Source: a virus. From it: a stretch of DNA of 64,000 nt. Below, in pieces: positions 38,464-47,953 of the stretch (its first letter is position 1; every line of letters begins with the position of its first letter). Position numbers and translations under genes: made by a program. The notes under the pieces were generated by a model. The model worked only from the letters and a program-made list of their open reading frames with translations, was not told where the DNA came from and ran no database searches. The stretch is taken from the IMG/VR virus record IMGVR_UViG_3300038465_000158, positions 32,686-96,685 of that record; one strand, written 5' to 3'.

Positions 38464-40245
38464 ATGCCACTCGCAGAAGTTATTGATGGTGTGATTGATG
38501 TTCACACTGAGTATCGCGACCGATATGCAATCAAAAGTATTCCTGGCTCTCGCTATGACACTCCTGGTCATGCAGAACACTGGACACTTCCGCTAAGTTG
38601 GGCAAGTTGCGTTGCGCTTCGTGGCATTTTCCAGGAACGACTTGAAATCGGAATGCAACTCTGGGAATGGGCTGCGAAAGAAAAAGCAGAGCGCGTTGAC
38701 CTCTCAATGAAACTTCGAGATGCAATTACACCAATTGAAGGCGGATTTGCCGCTAACGACGATAGGTTGTTTCCTCCGCAGCGCGCTGGAGTCCAGTGGC
38801 TTCAAACCACGAAACGAGGTCTTCTCGGTGACCCGATGGGAACTGGTAAGACTCGCCAACTTCTTCTTGCTATTCCTGATGACGGATGGCCGGCTTTGGT
38901 AGTCACACCCAACGGAGTTCGTTCTGCTTGGCGAGACGAAGCCGCGGCGTTGAATCTGCATTGCGACGTTGTCATTCTAGACGGCGGGACAGCGAACCGC
39001 AAGAAACAACTCGAAGGAATCGAAGACGGTCAACGAGTACTCGTTGTCGTCAACTGGGAAGGTCTTCGCTCACTTTCTCGTCTAGCGCCGTACGGCTCAG
39101 TCGCGCTGACGAAATGTGTCGAGCACGGCGGAGAAAATCCAGGTGTCTCAGATACTCGTTGTGAAGTTCATATTAAGCCGCTCAACATGATTACGTGGCG
39201 AACAGTTATTCGTGACGAAGCTCACCGTGGCAAAGACCCGATGAGCAAACAAACTCGAGCGTCGTGGTATCTTCAACATGCTGACGGCGTCCGCTACTGC
39301 TGGGACGCCTCTGGTACTCCAGTTGCTACTCACCTCGGTGACCTTTGGGCTATCATGCACGGCAACTCACCAGATGAGTTTCCTCGCAAAGGTCAGTTCA
39401 TTGAACGCTATGCTCTGTCTCAATGGAACACGTGGGGCGGACTCGACATCGGTGGAGTGAATCCACTCACGTCTGCTGAACTTTTCTCATTCCTGGACCC
39501 AAGATTCCGTCGTGTACCCAAGGAAATTTTGCTTCCATTCTTGCCAGCCAAGGTCTTCGAAGAACGAGTCTGCACGATGTCGAAGAAGCAGAAGGACGCG
39601 TACAACGACATGGCGATGACGATGATTGCCGAATTGGAAACTGGCGTCGTCGTCACAACGAATCCTCTAGCACAGTACACTAGAATGCTTCAGTTCGCTG
39701 GCGCGTACGCTGAAGTTCGTGACGACGGTGAAGTCGGTCTTCTCATGCCGTCATGCAAAGTCGACGCAATGTCAGAAGTTCTCGGAGACATTGGCGGAGA
39801 CCCATGTGCTGTAAGTATGATTTCACGTCAACTTCTTAGCCTCTGTGAAGAGCGACTCACCAAGGACGGTATTTCGTTCACAAGCATTCACGGTGGTCAA
39901 ACTCTTGACCAGCGAGCAGCCATCGTTCGAGACTTTCAAGAACGACGAGTTCAAGTCATCTTGTTGATGGCTCAATCTGGTGGAATTGGAATTACGCTCA
40001 CAACCAGTCCGTACCTCGTTCGTCTTCAACGGTCGTGGTCAATCATCGACAATCAGCAGACAGAAGACCGAGTCCACCGTATCGGCTCCGAACAGCACAA
40101 GCAAGTCACAATCATTGACATTTTCACTGAAGGCACGCTTGAAATGGCGCGCCAGAATGAAAGACTCCGCGAAAAAGAAGGTAATCTTGCCGACATTCTT
40201 CGAGACAAAGAAGCTCTAAAAAAGTTCCTCTTCGGCAAGGTCTAG
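38464..40245 (+). CDS. SNF2-family helicase
   Basis: DPMGTGKT, DEAH, SGTP, GIGITLT, QTEDRVHRIG. Confidence 0.92.
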   Translation: MPLAEVIDGVIDVHTEYRDRYAIKSIPGSRYDTPGHAEHWTLPLSWASCVALRGIFQERLEIGMQLWEWAAKEKAERVDLSMKLRDAITPIEGGFAANDDRLFPPQRAGVQWLQTTKRGLLGDPMGTGKTRQLLLAIPDDGWPALVVTPNGVRSAWRDEAAALNLHCDVVILDGGTANRKKQLEGIEDGQRVLVVVNWEGLRSLSRLAPYGSVALTKCVEHGGENPGVSDTRCEVHIKPLNMITWRTVIRDEAHRGKDPMSKQTRASWYLQHADGVRYCWDASGTPVATHLGDLWAIMHGNSPDEFPRKGQFIERYALSQWNTWGGLDIGGVNPLTSAELFSFLDPRFRRVPKEILLPFLPAKVFEERVCTMSKKQKDAYNDMAMTMIAELETGVVVTTNPLAQYTRMLQFAGAYAEVRDDGEVGLLMPSCKVDAMSEVLGDIGGDPCAVSMISRQLLSLCEERLTKDGISFTSIHGGQTLDQRAAIVRDFQERRVQVILLMAQSGGIGITLTTSPYLVRLQRSWSIIDNQQTEDRVHRIGSEQHKQVTIIDIFTEGTLEMARQNERLREKEGNLADILRDKEALKKFLFGKV

Positions 40246-40288
40246 TCTGCTAAACGTGTTATTATCGTCTTTATGACGAAGGGACGAA

Positions 40289-41212
40289 ATGCACATTAGC
40301 AACTCTGAAATTTCAACTTTCAGACGCTGTCGCCGCAAATGGTGGCTGGGCAACTATCGCAAACTTCGTAAGAAGGAAGAGCGGATAACAGGTCCGCTTA
40401 AGCTCGGTACTAGGATTCACAAAGCCCTTGAAGTTAAATACTCTCTTACGCCAGGAGACCCGGTTGCAGCAATTCGAGCAGAGTATGAGAAGGCTCGAAA
40501 TGAGGTCGGTCAAGACGACGCGACAACTCGAGATGAACTCAACAAAGAAGCAGACTTAGCTCTCATCATGATTGAAGGCTACGTCGAATGGGTCTACGAT
40601 ACTGGAATTGACGACGATATTGAAGTCATCGCCGTCGAGCAAGAACTTGCGGCGGATTTTGAGGGTCTTCGCGTTCCAGTCCAAATCATCGGCAAACTCG
40701 ACACTCGCGTTCGCAGGAAGACTGACGGACGATTGTTCTCGATGGACCACAAAACGTGCGCTTCATTTGACGGTCTCACGAAGACGTTAGAAATCAATGA
40801 GCAGCCAAAGATGTACCAATTGCTCGAACGTTTGACTCTTCCGGAAGACCAGTATGTGACTGGCGGCATGCTCAACATGCTTCGCAAAGTCAAGCGAACT
40901 GCTTCTGCCAAGCCTCCGTTCTACTCACGAGAAGCAATTCACCATACCGATGTCGGACTCCGCAACTACTGGTACCGTCTTCTCGGTATTCTTTCTGACA
41001 TGATTGATGTTGTTGAAGCGCTCGACAACGGCACCGACCCAAACATCGTTGCATATCCGAATCCGACTCGAGACTGCGCATGGGATTGCGAGTTCCGCGC
41101 CGTGTGCCCGATGTTTGATGACGGTTCGCACGCTGAAGGAGTTTTGGAATCAGCGTACGTGATTCACAATCCACTCGCGCGATACTCATCGGAAGCAGAG
41201 GTCTCCCTCTAA
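40289..41212 (+). CDS. PD-(D/E)XK RecB/Cas4-like exonuclease
   Basis: SNSE...F.RCRRKW, GTRIH, GKLD...DHKT, Q..MY, C.WDC.F..VC. Confidence 0.85.
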   Translation: MHISNSEISTFRRCRRKWWLGNYRKLRKKEERITGPLKLGTRIHKALEVKYSLTPGDPVAAIRAEYEKARNEVGQDDATTRDELNKEADLALIMIEGYVEWVYDTGIDDDIEVIAVEQELAADFEGLRVPVQIIGKLDTRVRRKTDGRLFSMDHKTCASFDGLTKTLEINEQPKMYQLLERLTLPEDQYVTGGMLNMLRKVKRTASAKPPFYSREAIHHTDVGLRNYWYRLLGILSDMIDVVEALDNGTDPNIVAYPNPTRDCAWDCEFRAVCPMFDDGSHAEGVLESAYVIHNPLARYSSEAEVSL

Positions 41213-41916
41213 TGCAGCAAGGTGTAAGTTTTCTCATTCACGGCCACAGTAAGACAGGAAAGTCAACTCTTTCCGACACGAGTCCAGCACCACGACTCGT
41301 TCTCGATGCTGAAGGCGGCGCAAGCACCAGATTCACTAAATCTCGCAAGGTGCAATGGAATCCTATGATGGAAGCGCCTCCTGTCCCAGACGGGACCTGG
41401 GAGACCGCTGTTGTCCATGTGAGGTCCTTCCAAGACGTTCAACGAGCGTATGACTGGCTGAACTCCGGCCAGCATCACTTCAAGTCTGTCTCCGTTGACT
41501 CGCTTTCAGAGACGCAGCAACGATGCGTTGACGCCATCGCCGGAACAGAGGCAATGCGAACGCAAGACTGGGGTGAACTTCTCCGCAAGATGTCGTCACT
41601 CGTTCGTCAATACCGCGACCTCATCATTCACCCAACGAACCCTCTTGAAGTAGTCACGTTCATCGCCATGACACGTGACTACGAAGGCACGAAGCGACCG
41701 TATGTTCAAGGCGCTCTTGCCAGCACTCTCCCGTATTACGTCGACGTCTGTGGCTACATGTGGACAGAAGCTGATGCGACATCGGGAGAAATTCGGCACC
41801 GCCTCTTGTGTGGTCAGGTTGGACCATTTGAAGCAGGTGACCGAACCGGAAAACTCGGCACGGTAGTAGAGAACCCGAACATCATGGAGATGCTCGCGAA
41901 AATCTACGCCGACTGA
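41212..41916 (+). CDS. AAA ATPase (Sak4/AAA_24-like)
   Basis: HGHSKTGKST, LDAEGG, VDSLSE, QDWG. Confidence 0.8.
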   Translation: MQQGVSFLIHGHSKTGKSTLSDTSPAPRLVLDAEGGASTRFTKSRKVQWNPMMEAPPVPDGTWETAVVHVRSFQDVQRAYDWLNSGQHHFKSVSVDSLSETQQRCVDAIAGTEAMRTQDWGELLRKMSSLVRQYRDLIIHPTNPLEVVTFIAMTRDYEGTKRPYVQGALASTLPYYVDVCGYMWTEADATSGEIRHRLLCGQVGPFEAGDRTGKLGTVVENPNIMEMLAKIYAD

Positions 41917-41936
41917 GTCTAGAGAAAAGAGAAGAA

Positions 41937-42650
41937 GTGGCTCCATCCTGGAATGACTTAATCGAAGAAGCAAAGAATTCTGGTACTGGTTTTGACCCGT
42001 TGCCAGTTGGAAGGTACGACGTCAAGATTGCGAAGTCGGCTCACAAGACGTCGCAAACTGGCAAGTCGATGTACGAAGTTGAGATGACCATCATCAACGG
42101 TCCGCATGCGAACCGGAAGTGCTGGGACCGATACGTCGTTACTCCCGACAACGGAAAGGCTCTTGCATTCTTCTTTCAGAAGATGAAGATTCTCGGCCTT
42201 GGACCAGAATACTTTGCTGGAAATCCTTCAGACGATGCAGTAGCAGCCGCTCTCGTCGACCGGATATGCACCGTCGAACTTGGACAAACCGAATACAACG
42301 GTGCCACACGCAATGAAGTACGGAAGCTTCTGCCTTTGACAGGAGCAGCAACTGGTGCTCCTCCAGTTCCGGCAGCAACTGCAGCAGGCGCTCCGCCTGT
42401 TCCAGCTGCTCCACCTGTGGCAGCAGCAGTCGTTCCACCAGTGACAACACCTCCGGTTGCAGCAGCGCCAGTCGTACCAGCGCCCGCAGTAGCGGCAGAA
42501 GTCCCTGTCGTTCCTGTAGTTCCTGCGCCAGTCGTGGCAACTCCGGAAGTCGTTGTCGTCGAAGTTGTGCCAGTCGCTGTCGAGACAGCGGTAGTCGCAG
42601 AAGTTGCAGCGGTTCCTGCCGCTCCAGTCCCTCCGGCACCACCGTTCTAA
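41937..42650 (+). CDS. DUF669-like ssDNA-binding protein with Pro/Ala/Val-rich tail
   Basis: FDPLPVGRYDVKI, S.TGK.M, G..ANRK.W, YNG..RNEV; ends in PPF; follows the exonuclease-ATPase pair. Confidence 0.75.
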   Translation: MAPSWNDLIEEAKNSGTGFDPLPVGRYDVKIAKSAHKTSQTGKSMYEVEMTIINGPHANRKCWDRYVVTPDNGKALAFFFQKMKILGLGPEYFAGNPSDDAVAAALVDRICTVELGQTEYNGATRNEVRKLLPLTGAATGAPPVPAATAAGAPPVPAAPPVAAAVVPPVTTPPVAAAPVVPAPAVAAEVPVVPVVPAPVVATPEVVVVEVVPVAVETAVVAEVAAVPAAPVPPAPPF

Positions 42651-43259
42651 ATGCGAATCGTCTTCGACTTTGATGGCGGAGTGGCGAACACCATGCCTCT
42701 TATTGCCGATGCTGCTTCTGGCATCGTCAATAAGAGGTTTGGCACGCCAATAGAAATCGCTGAAGAGTGGTACTGGCGGACTGCTGGTCTTCCATTCGCG
42801 GAACAACTCGCCGTGCTCGATAATCAAATGAATTACGACATGACGACAAAGCAACTCATGGAGAGCACAATTGAACTTCATGGATTCGTGAACATGATTT
42901 ATGACGTCGCTGAACCATGGCCCGACGCACATCCAGCGTTTGAAGCACTCGATTACGGCATGCATCTTGTGAGTGCGACTAGTTCACAACTCGTGAGCAG
43001 ATTCGTCTATAAATGGTTTCCAGAAGCTTTAGAGTCTGTCGAACCAGAAAGCAAACTCTACGCGCTGCAGCGGATTGTCTCGACATCAAAAAGCACAAAG
43101 AAGGTGTTGTACATCGGGGACATGCCGAATGACAAGAAGGTTGCTGACATTGTCGGCGCTGATTTCATCGGAATCGACAGAGGCAGAGATTTGCCTTGGA
43201 CGGAATCGACGAAAGTCGCCGCAGGATTGATGGAAGCATTGGAGATGGCAAGTGTCTAA
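42651..43259 (+). CDS. HAD-family phosphatase
   Basis: VFDFDG motif I; YIGDMPND motif IV. Confidence 0.8.
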   Translation: MRIVFDFDGGVANTMPLIADAASGIVNKRFGTPIEIAEEWYWRTAGLPFAEQLAVLDNQMNYDMTTKQLMESTIELHGFVNMIYDVAEPWPDAHPAFEALDYGMHLVSATSSQLVSRFVYKWFPEALESVEPESKLYALQRIVSTSKSTKKVLYIGDMPNDKKVADIVGADFIGIDRGRDLPWTESTKVAAGLMEALEMASV

Positions 43260-44172
43260 ACCTCGCTACACACTCGCTAAAGATGAAGACCAAGCACGAG
43301 AATATCGTCGTCAATTCATCGAATTTTCAAAGGCTGAACTTCTTACAGGTGGACCAGACCAGTCAATCACTGTCATAGGAGAACTTGCTCGACGGTACGT
43401 CACTCGTCCTGACTGGCTCGTTGGATGCTTTATGGCACCGTACACGACGCCAGGAGCTCTCGCAATCTACGATGCATGGTCAGACGCTGAGCACGCTCTC
43501 GATATTGCCGATGAACAGGATATTGCAGTCTGGTTCCAAGACAATTGGGAAGGACTGCCTGTCCGCAAAGAACGTCGTCCCTGCCGAAGTCCGAAGAAGA
43601 TGGCAGAGTATCTTGCATCATATGCTCGATGGTCAACGAACTTCTTGCCAAAAGCGAAGGACGCAGACTATGAAACGCTCTGGCGCTCGTTGGATGGCAT
43701 CAAGTACATCGGACGATATGCTGGCATGAAGTTGCTTGAGTCTCTTCGACGTGGTGGAATCATCACCGCTGAGATGCCAGACATTCGTGCTGGTAAAGGC
43801 GGTGACTGGTCACCTCGACTTGCGTTCTCCTATCTCTATCCTGAATTCGACTTGATGCTGAACCGAGATTCGTCACAAGCGACAGCCGCATCTATCAATC
43901 GTATTGCAGGTGACATCTACCCAATGTACAAGACAGCCGCTGGAATCCCAGACATGTACACATTTGAAGTTCTGCTTTGCGATTTTGCTCAGCATCTTAA
44001 AGGAACGTATCCGCCTGGAAAACCATTGAATTCAGAATGGAATCACTTGCAAAAAGTTGAATCCTGGTTAGGATTTTCATTAGTTGATACCGACCCAATT
44101 TGGCGCCTACGTAGTGAACTTTTTCCTCACGAATATCTTCGTGAGATTAGCGGATGGGTACCACCAGAATGA
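43252..44172 (+). CDS. Amino acid:DNA transferase-like protein (aGPT-Pplase2 / HhH fold)
   Basis: RKERR, IKYIGRYAGMKLLESL helix-hairpin-helix, FEVLLCDF...G.YPPG, W.LR.E.FP..YL.E; modification-gene context. Confidence 0.65.
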   Translation: MSKPRYTLAKDEDQAREYRRQFIEFSKAELLTGGPDQSITVIGELARRYVTRPDWLVGCFMAPYTTPGALAIYDAWSDAEHALDIADEQDIAVWFQDNWEGLPVRKERRPCRSPKKMAEYLASYARWSTNFLPKAKDADYETLWRSLDGIKYIGRYAGMKLLESLRRGGIITAEMPDIRAGKGGDWSPRLAFSYLYPEFDLMLNRDSSQATAASINRIAGDIYPMYKTAAGIPDMYTFEVLLCDFAQHLKGTYPPGKPLNSEWNHLQKVESWLGFSLVDTDPIWRLRSELFPHEYLREISGWVPPE

Positions 44173-44606
44173 TTGAAGTTTCACCGGGACTCTGGATTCG
44201 TGGGCAATTGAATGAAAAACGAGGCCAAGGGGAAGCAATTGCATATTTGCAACAACTCGGTATTCATTCAGTTATGTCAGTTCATCCGCGAGGAGAACCG
44301 ATGCTAATTGGCCAAAGTGCGATTGCGTATCGTCATGAGTCATTGTCGGACGGTAAAAAGATTTCATCTCGAGTGCAAGACATTGCGGACTGGGTATGGG
44401 AGCACGTTCTCGGCGGAGTACTTGTGACGTGTCATGCTGGAAGAAATCGAAGTGGTCTCATCGTTGCTCTTACGCTAATGCGTCTCTACACTCTTAGCGG
44501 CGAAGAAGCATTACTAATGCTTCGAAGCCAACGACCTCGAGCAGTAGCAAATCCTGCATTTGAAGAGTACTTGAAAGGACTCCCAAAGTATGACTATCGA
44601 AGTTGA
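44169..44606 (+). CDS. Dual-specificity (PTP-fold) phosphatase
   Basis: VLVTCHAGRNRSG CX5R motif; R..RP.A..NPAF. Confidence 0.88.
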   Translation: MIEVSPGLWIRGQLNEKRGQGEAIAYLQQLGIHSVMSVHPRGEPMLIGQSAIAYRHESLSDGKKISSRVQDIADWVWEHVLGGVLVTCHAGRNRSGLIVALTLMRLYTLSGEEALLMLRSQRPRAVANPAFEEYLKGLPKYDYRS

Positions 44607-45249
44607 CGAAAAGACAGGATTGTTCTACCGTACTCATGCGGACGATTCCATGATTATCGGAGAACGTCGGCTCTATAAGAAGTTGCTTGAAGTTGCGCGA
44701 CCAACTGACAGATTTCTTGACCTCGGTGCGCACATCGGAGTCGTTGCGACGATGTTCGGACCGCACGTTGCGCAAGTTATCGCACTTGAGCCAGACGAAG
44801 ACAATCTCACTCTTCTTCGCAAAAACGTCGAAAAATTCAATCTTCAGGGTAAGGTATCTATCATCCCCGAAGCAGTCGCTGACGAGACGGGCACCAGAAG
44901 TTTCTACTTGAACACCAAAAGGGGCATGTGCTCGCATACACTTGTCAAGAAGCGTGGACGAGTTGAAGTGCAAGTTCCAGTGGTTGCGTTCCACGAACTT
45001 CTCGACACATACAATCCTGACCTCATCAAGATGGACATTGAAGGCGGCGAGTACGAACTCATTGGTGACCTTCGCTATCTCCCGCTCAGCGTGAGAGGAA
45101 TCTCCATCGAACTTCACATGAATCGGAAGGAATGGCGAGAGGATTTGGCGCCGAAGATTCATCGAATTCTGAGCGAGCAATTCACTGTAGTTCTTCCACC
45201 AAAATTTGGACCAGGAGGTTGGGGAACTACTCCTCTTTATCTACGATGA
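44590..45249 (+). CDS. FkbM-family SAM methyltransferase
   Basis: FLDLGAHIG, ALEP...N..LL..N, IKMDIEGGE. Confidence 0.88.
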   Translation: MTIEVDEKTGLFYRTHADDSMIIGERRLYKKLLEVARPTDRFLDLGAHIGVVATMFGPHVAQVIALEPDEDNLTLLRKNVEKFNLQGKVSIIPEAVADETGTRSFYLNTKRGMCSHTLVKKRGRVEVQVPVVAFHELLDTYNPDLIKMDIEGGEYELIGDLRYLPLSVRGISIELHMNRKEWREDLAPKIHRILSEQFTVVLPPKFGPGGWGTTPLYLR

Positions 45250-45812
45250 CAGTACTCAATCTTCGAGGGGGCAACGGAAGTGGAAAGACCTTCGTTCACC
45301 ATTGGCTCATCGACAATCATGAGTCGGTGCCGCTTTTCACACCCAATTTCTTCTCTGACACGGAGAAGAAACCAAATGCATGGATGCTCCCTGGTGGTCT
45401 CTTCATCATCGGCAAATACACTGGTGGAGCAGACAGCATTTTGTTCCAAGACCTTTATGCTCAAGTACAAGCGTTTGCTCAAGAAGGCCACGTGTTCTTT
45501 GAGAACATTCTCGTCTCTGGGTCGAAGCAAGCTTGGTTGAGTAAACGACGGACGATTTCCAGTGATTGGATTTGGGCGACACTTGACACTCCGCCTGAGC
45601 TTTGTCTTGAACGAATCTACGAGCGCAACGGTGGTAAGCCAATCCAAGAGAACACGATTCGAGATTTTAACCAACGGATTCGTACTCTCGCAACGTGGCT
45701 TTACAATCAAGGCGAGACATCAGTCCGCGTTGACCACACAGATTCGGTACGGATAGTTCATCAACTTCTAACGGACGGGGGGTGGGAGTGTGGAACTACA
45801 CATGAGTACTGA
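45246..45812 (+). CDS. P-loop nucleotide kinase of the type linked to phage base hypermodification
   Basis: LNLRGGNGSGKT, IGKY.GGAD.I, VFFE.ILVS, LDTP.E.CL.RI..RNGGK. Confidence 0.75.
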   Translation: MTVLNLRGGNGSGKTFVHHWLIDNHESVPLFTPNFFSDTEKKPNAWMLPGGLFIIGKYTGGADSILFQDLYAQVQAFAQEGHVFFENILVSGSKQAWLSKRRTISSDWIWATLDTPPELCLERIYERNGGKPIQENTIRDFNQRIRTLATWLYNQGETSVRVDHTDSVRIVHQLLTDGGWECGTTHEY

Positions 45813-46227
45813 GCTTCGCTACCGCGCTGAGGATTTTGCTATTCGTACCGACCTTATGCGATGTGCGCATCTGAAAAAAGCAAAACAGCAGTTTTGGGCT
45901 ACGTTGCATGGACCGGCTGAAATCACATGTCGAGACTGCGCAGTACCGAAGCTGCAATTCTGCACTCAATGTGGTGAACCAGCGACGTTCTTCTACGTGC
46001 TTGACTATCTTCGTGGCGAAAGTGGAAATGACCCGAATTACTTCATTGCTGCATCATGCGGTAAATGCAATTATGACACAGGTTTTATGAACTTCGGTGT
46101 AAAGTTGCTCAAGATGAAGGATGCGGACAACAAGAAGTACTTCATGGCAGTGCGATTGAGCACATGCAATGACATTCCAGTCGCAGGAATACCGAAGGTC
46201 AAAAAGACGAAGGAGACGGATGAGTAA
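45802..46227 (+). CDS. Cys-rich hypothetical protein
   Basis: C.H, CRDC, CTQC and CGKC motifs. Confidence 0.6.
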   Translation: MSTELRYRAEDFAIRTDLMRCAHLKKAKQQFWATLHGPAEITCRDCAVPKLQFCTQCGEPATFFYVLDYLRGESGNDPNYFIAASCGKCNYDTGFMNFGVKLLKMKDADNKKYFMAVRLSTCNDIPVAGIPKVKKTKETDE

Positions 46228-46645
46228 TTGGAACTGGCTTGAAGAAACGCTCGACCTTCAACGGACAGCATTTAAGATTGACCCTCCAGCGTTGGAAGGC
46301 GATGAGTTCGCTGACTACGTCATTTGGAATCACACTGCTGCTGTCGCTGAACTCACTGAGTTTCTCGAAGAAAATAATTGGAAACCATGGAGTTCGATTC
46401 GTGGTCGAGGCGACCGAGATGCTGCAATTGGTGAACTCATCGATGTGCAGCATTTCATCGCGAATCTTCTCGTTGCTCTCGATTGCACTGATGAAGAGTA
46501 CGAGGTCCGCTACCAGATGAAAATGCAAGTGAATCGCAACCGACAAAAAGACGGATATGACGGCCAAAATAAGTGTCCACGATGCCGAAGAGCATTAGAC
46601 GATGCTGGTGTGCTTTGCACACCGACAAATTGCTATGGAGGTTAA
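46220..46645 (+). CDS. All-alpha dimeric dUTPase/dCTPase (MazG-like)
   Basis: EL.E..E...WKPW, ELIDV.HF, Y..K..VN..RQ..GY. Confidence 0.85.
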   Translation: MSNWNWLEETLDLQRTAFKIDPPALEGDEFADYVIWNHTAAVAELTEFLEENNWKPWSSIRGRGDRDAAIGELIDVQHFIANLLVALDCTDEEYEVRYQMKMQVNRNRQKDGYDGQNKCPRCRRALDDAGVLCTPTNCYGG

Positions 46646-47865
46646 TGTCAATCCGTTTCGTTGATGCTCATTGTTTTGCGGGAGGACTCGCTTTAGGAAT
46701 CAAGCAAAGCGGTGATTTCGAGTTGGTTGGCAAGAAAGAATCTCAAGGCGGCTTCGGTTCACTGAACATGGAAGCAAATCGTCATATCATGGGCGAAAAT
46801 TGGGAGACGCAAAGCGCAGCATACCAAGATTGGGAACCAATTGATGCTCAACTCGTAGCGGCAAATCCTCCTTGCTCTGCATTCTCACTTCTCTCGTCGC
46901 GTTCAGTTCGCGGTATGGACTCGAAAATCAATGCATGCATGTGGGGAGTCGCCGAATACGCCGCTCGCGTGAAGCCAGACATTTTCATGATGGAGTCTGT
47001 TCAAGGCGCGTACACTCAAGGCAAAGATTTAATGGTGCGATTACGCGCTCGTCTTGAAGAACTGAGCGGCGAGCAATACGAGCTCACTCACGTTCTTCAC
47101 TCTGCTCGCTCGATGGGCTCTCCTCAACTACGCCGTCGCTATATGATGGTCTGCCATAAAATTCCGTTCGGCGTCGAACCTCCAGACCCGCAGGAATTGC
47201 CAACTGTGCGAGACTGTATTGATGACCTTCGTGATTTGAAGATTCAATGGGGACCACAGCCGTACAAGCGGATGCCTCTCTCGATGTGGGCAGCGACCAA
47301 GAGGAGTTTTGACGGCCTTATAGATGGTCATGTCTACATGCAGAATCTCAGTCAGAAGCGCATGGAGTTCCTGATGAAGACTGGCAAGTGGACACCGGGC
47401 AAGCAATACAGCGATTTGATGAGGGAGCTCTATGAGAGCAATATCGAATTGGACAGAGACATGTTCAAGCCATATTCATCGATGGTCGAACAAGATTTCC
47501 AATTTGGATGGCGTAGTCCGTACGTCATTCGTCCTGATTGGACTTGTCCTGTTATTACTGGCAACGGTGGCGGTGGAATTGGTCATTATGCTGAACATCG
47601 CATCTTGACCCAGCGAGAAGTTGCTCGTCTCATGGGTTTTCCTGACAACTGGCTAATTGAGCCAAACCAGCGCTACAAGTACCTCAACTCTGGTTGGGGA
47701 AAGGGAGTCACTGTCGATGTTGGCCGTTATTTTGGCACTTGGGCTGGCCGTTCAATCAATGGAGAACCAGGGTCAGTAACTGGTGAGCTCATTGGTGAGC
47801 GCGAACGTCTCATCAACTACACCCAGCACTTCCGAAACTTCGCTGGAGCGCAAAAAGCCGCATAA
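46645..47865 (+). CDS. C5-cytosine DNA methyltransferase-like protein with atypical motifs
   Basis: PPC, PQ.R.R and R.LT.RE.ARLMGFPD present; motif I DAHCFAGG, motif VI MESV and motif X GKGV are non-canonical. Confidence 0.8.
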   Translation: MSIRFVDAHCFAGGLALGIKQSGDFELVGKKESQGGFGSLNMEANRHIMGENWETQSAAYQDWEPIDAQLVAANPPCSAFSLLSSRSVRGMDSKINACMWGVAEYAARVKPDIFMMESVQGAYTQGKDLMVRLRARLEELSGEQYELTHVLHSARSMGSPQLRRRYMMVCHKIPFGVEPPDPQELPTVRDCIDDLRDLKIQWGPQPYKRMPLSMWAATKRSFDGLIDGHVYMQNLSQKRMEFLMKTGKWTPGKQYSDLMRELYESNIELDRDMFKPYSSMVEQDFQFGWRSPYVIRPDWTCPVITGNGGGGIGHYAEHRILTQREVARLMGFPDNWLIEPNQRYKYLNSGWGKGVTVDVGRYFGTWAGRSINGEPGSVTGELIGERERLINYTQHFRNFAGAQKAA

Positions 47866-47895
47866 AGTTTTTCAAGTATTGTACTCATCTTGTAA

Positions 47896-47948
47896 AAAGA
47901 TGATATAATCTATATGTGGAAGTTTTCCAAGGACAAAGGACAGAGGAG
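47896..47948 (+). promoter_or_regulatory. Extended -10 promoter, tandem AAGGACA and RBS
   Basis: TGATATAAT at 47901-47909; AAGGACA twice at 47929-47942; GAGGAG. Confidence 0.7.
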
Positions 47949-47953
47949 TTAAA

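Noticed and set aside
40289-41212. Cas4-like gene as evidence of CRISPR-Cas
   Set aside because: It sits in the usual phage exonuclease-ATPase-SSB recombination module.
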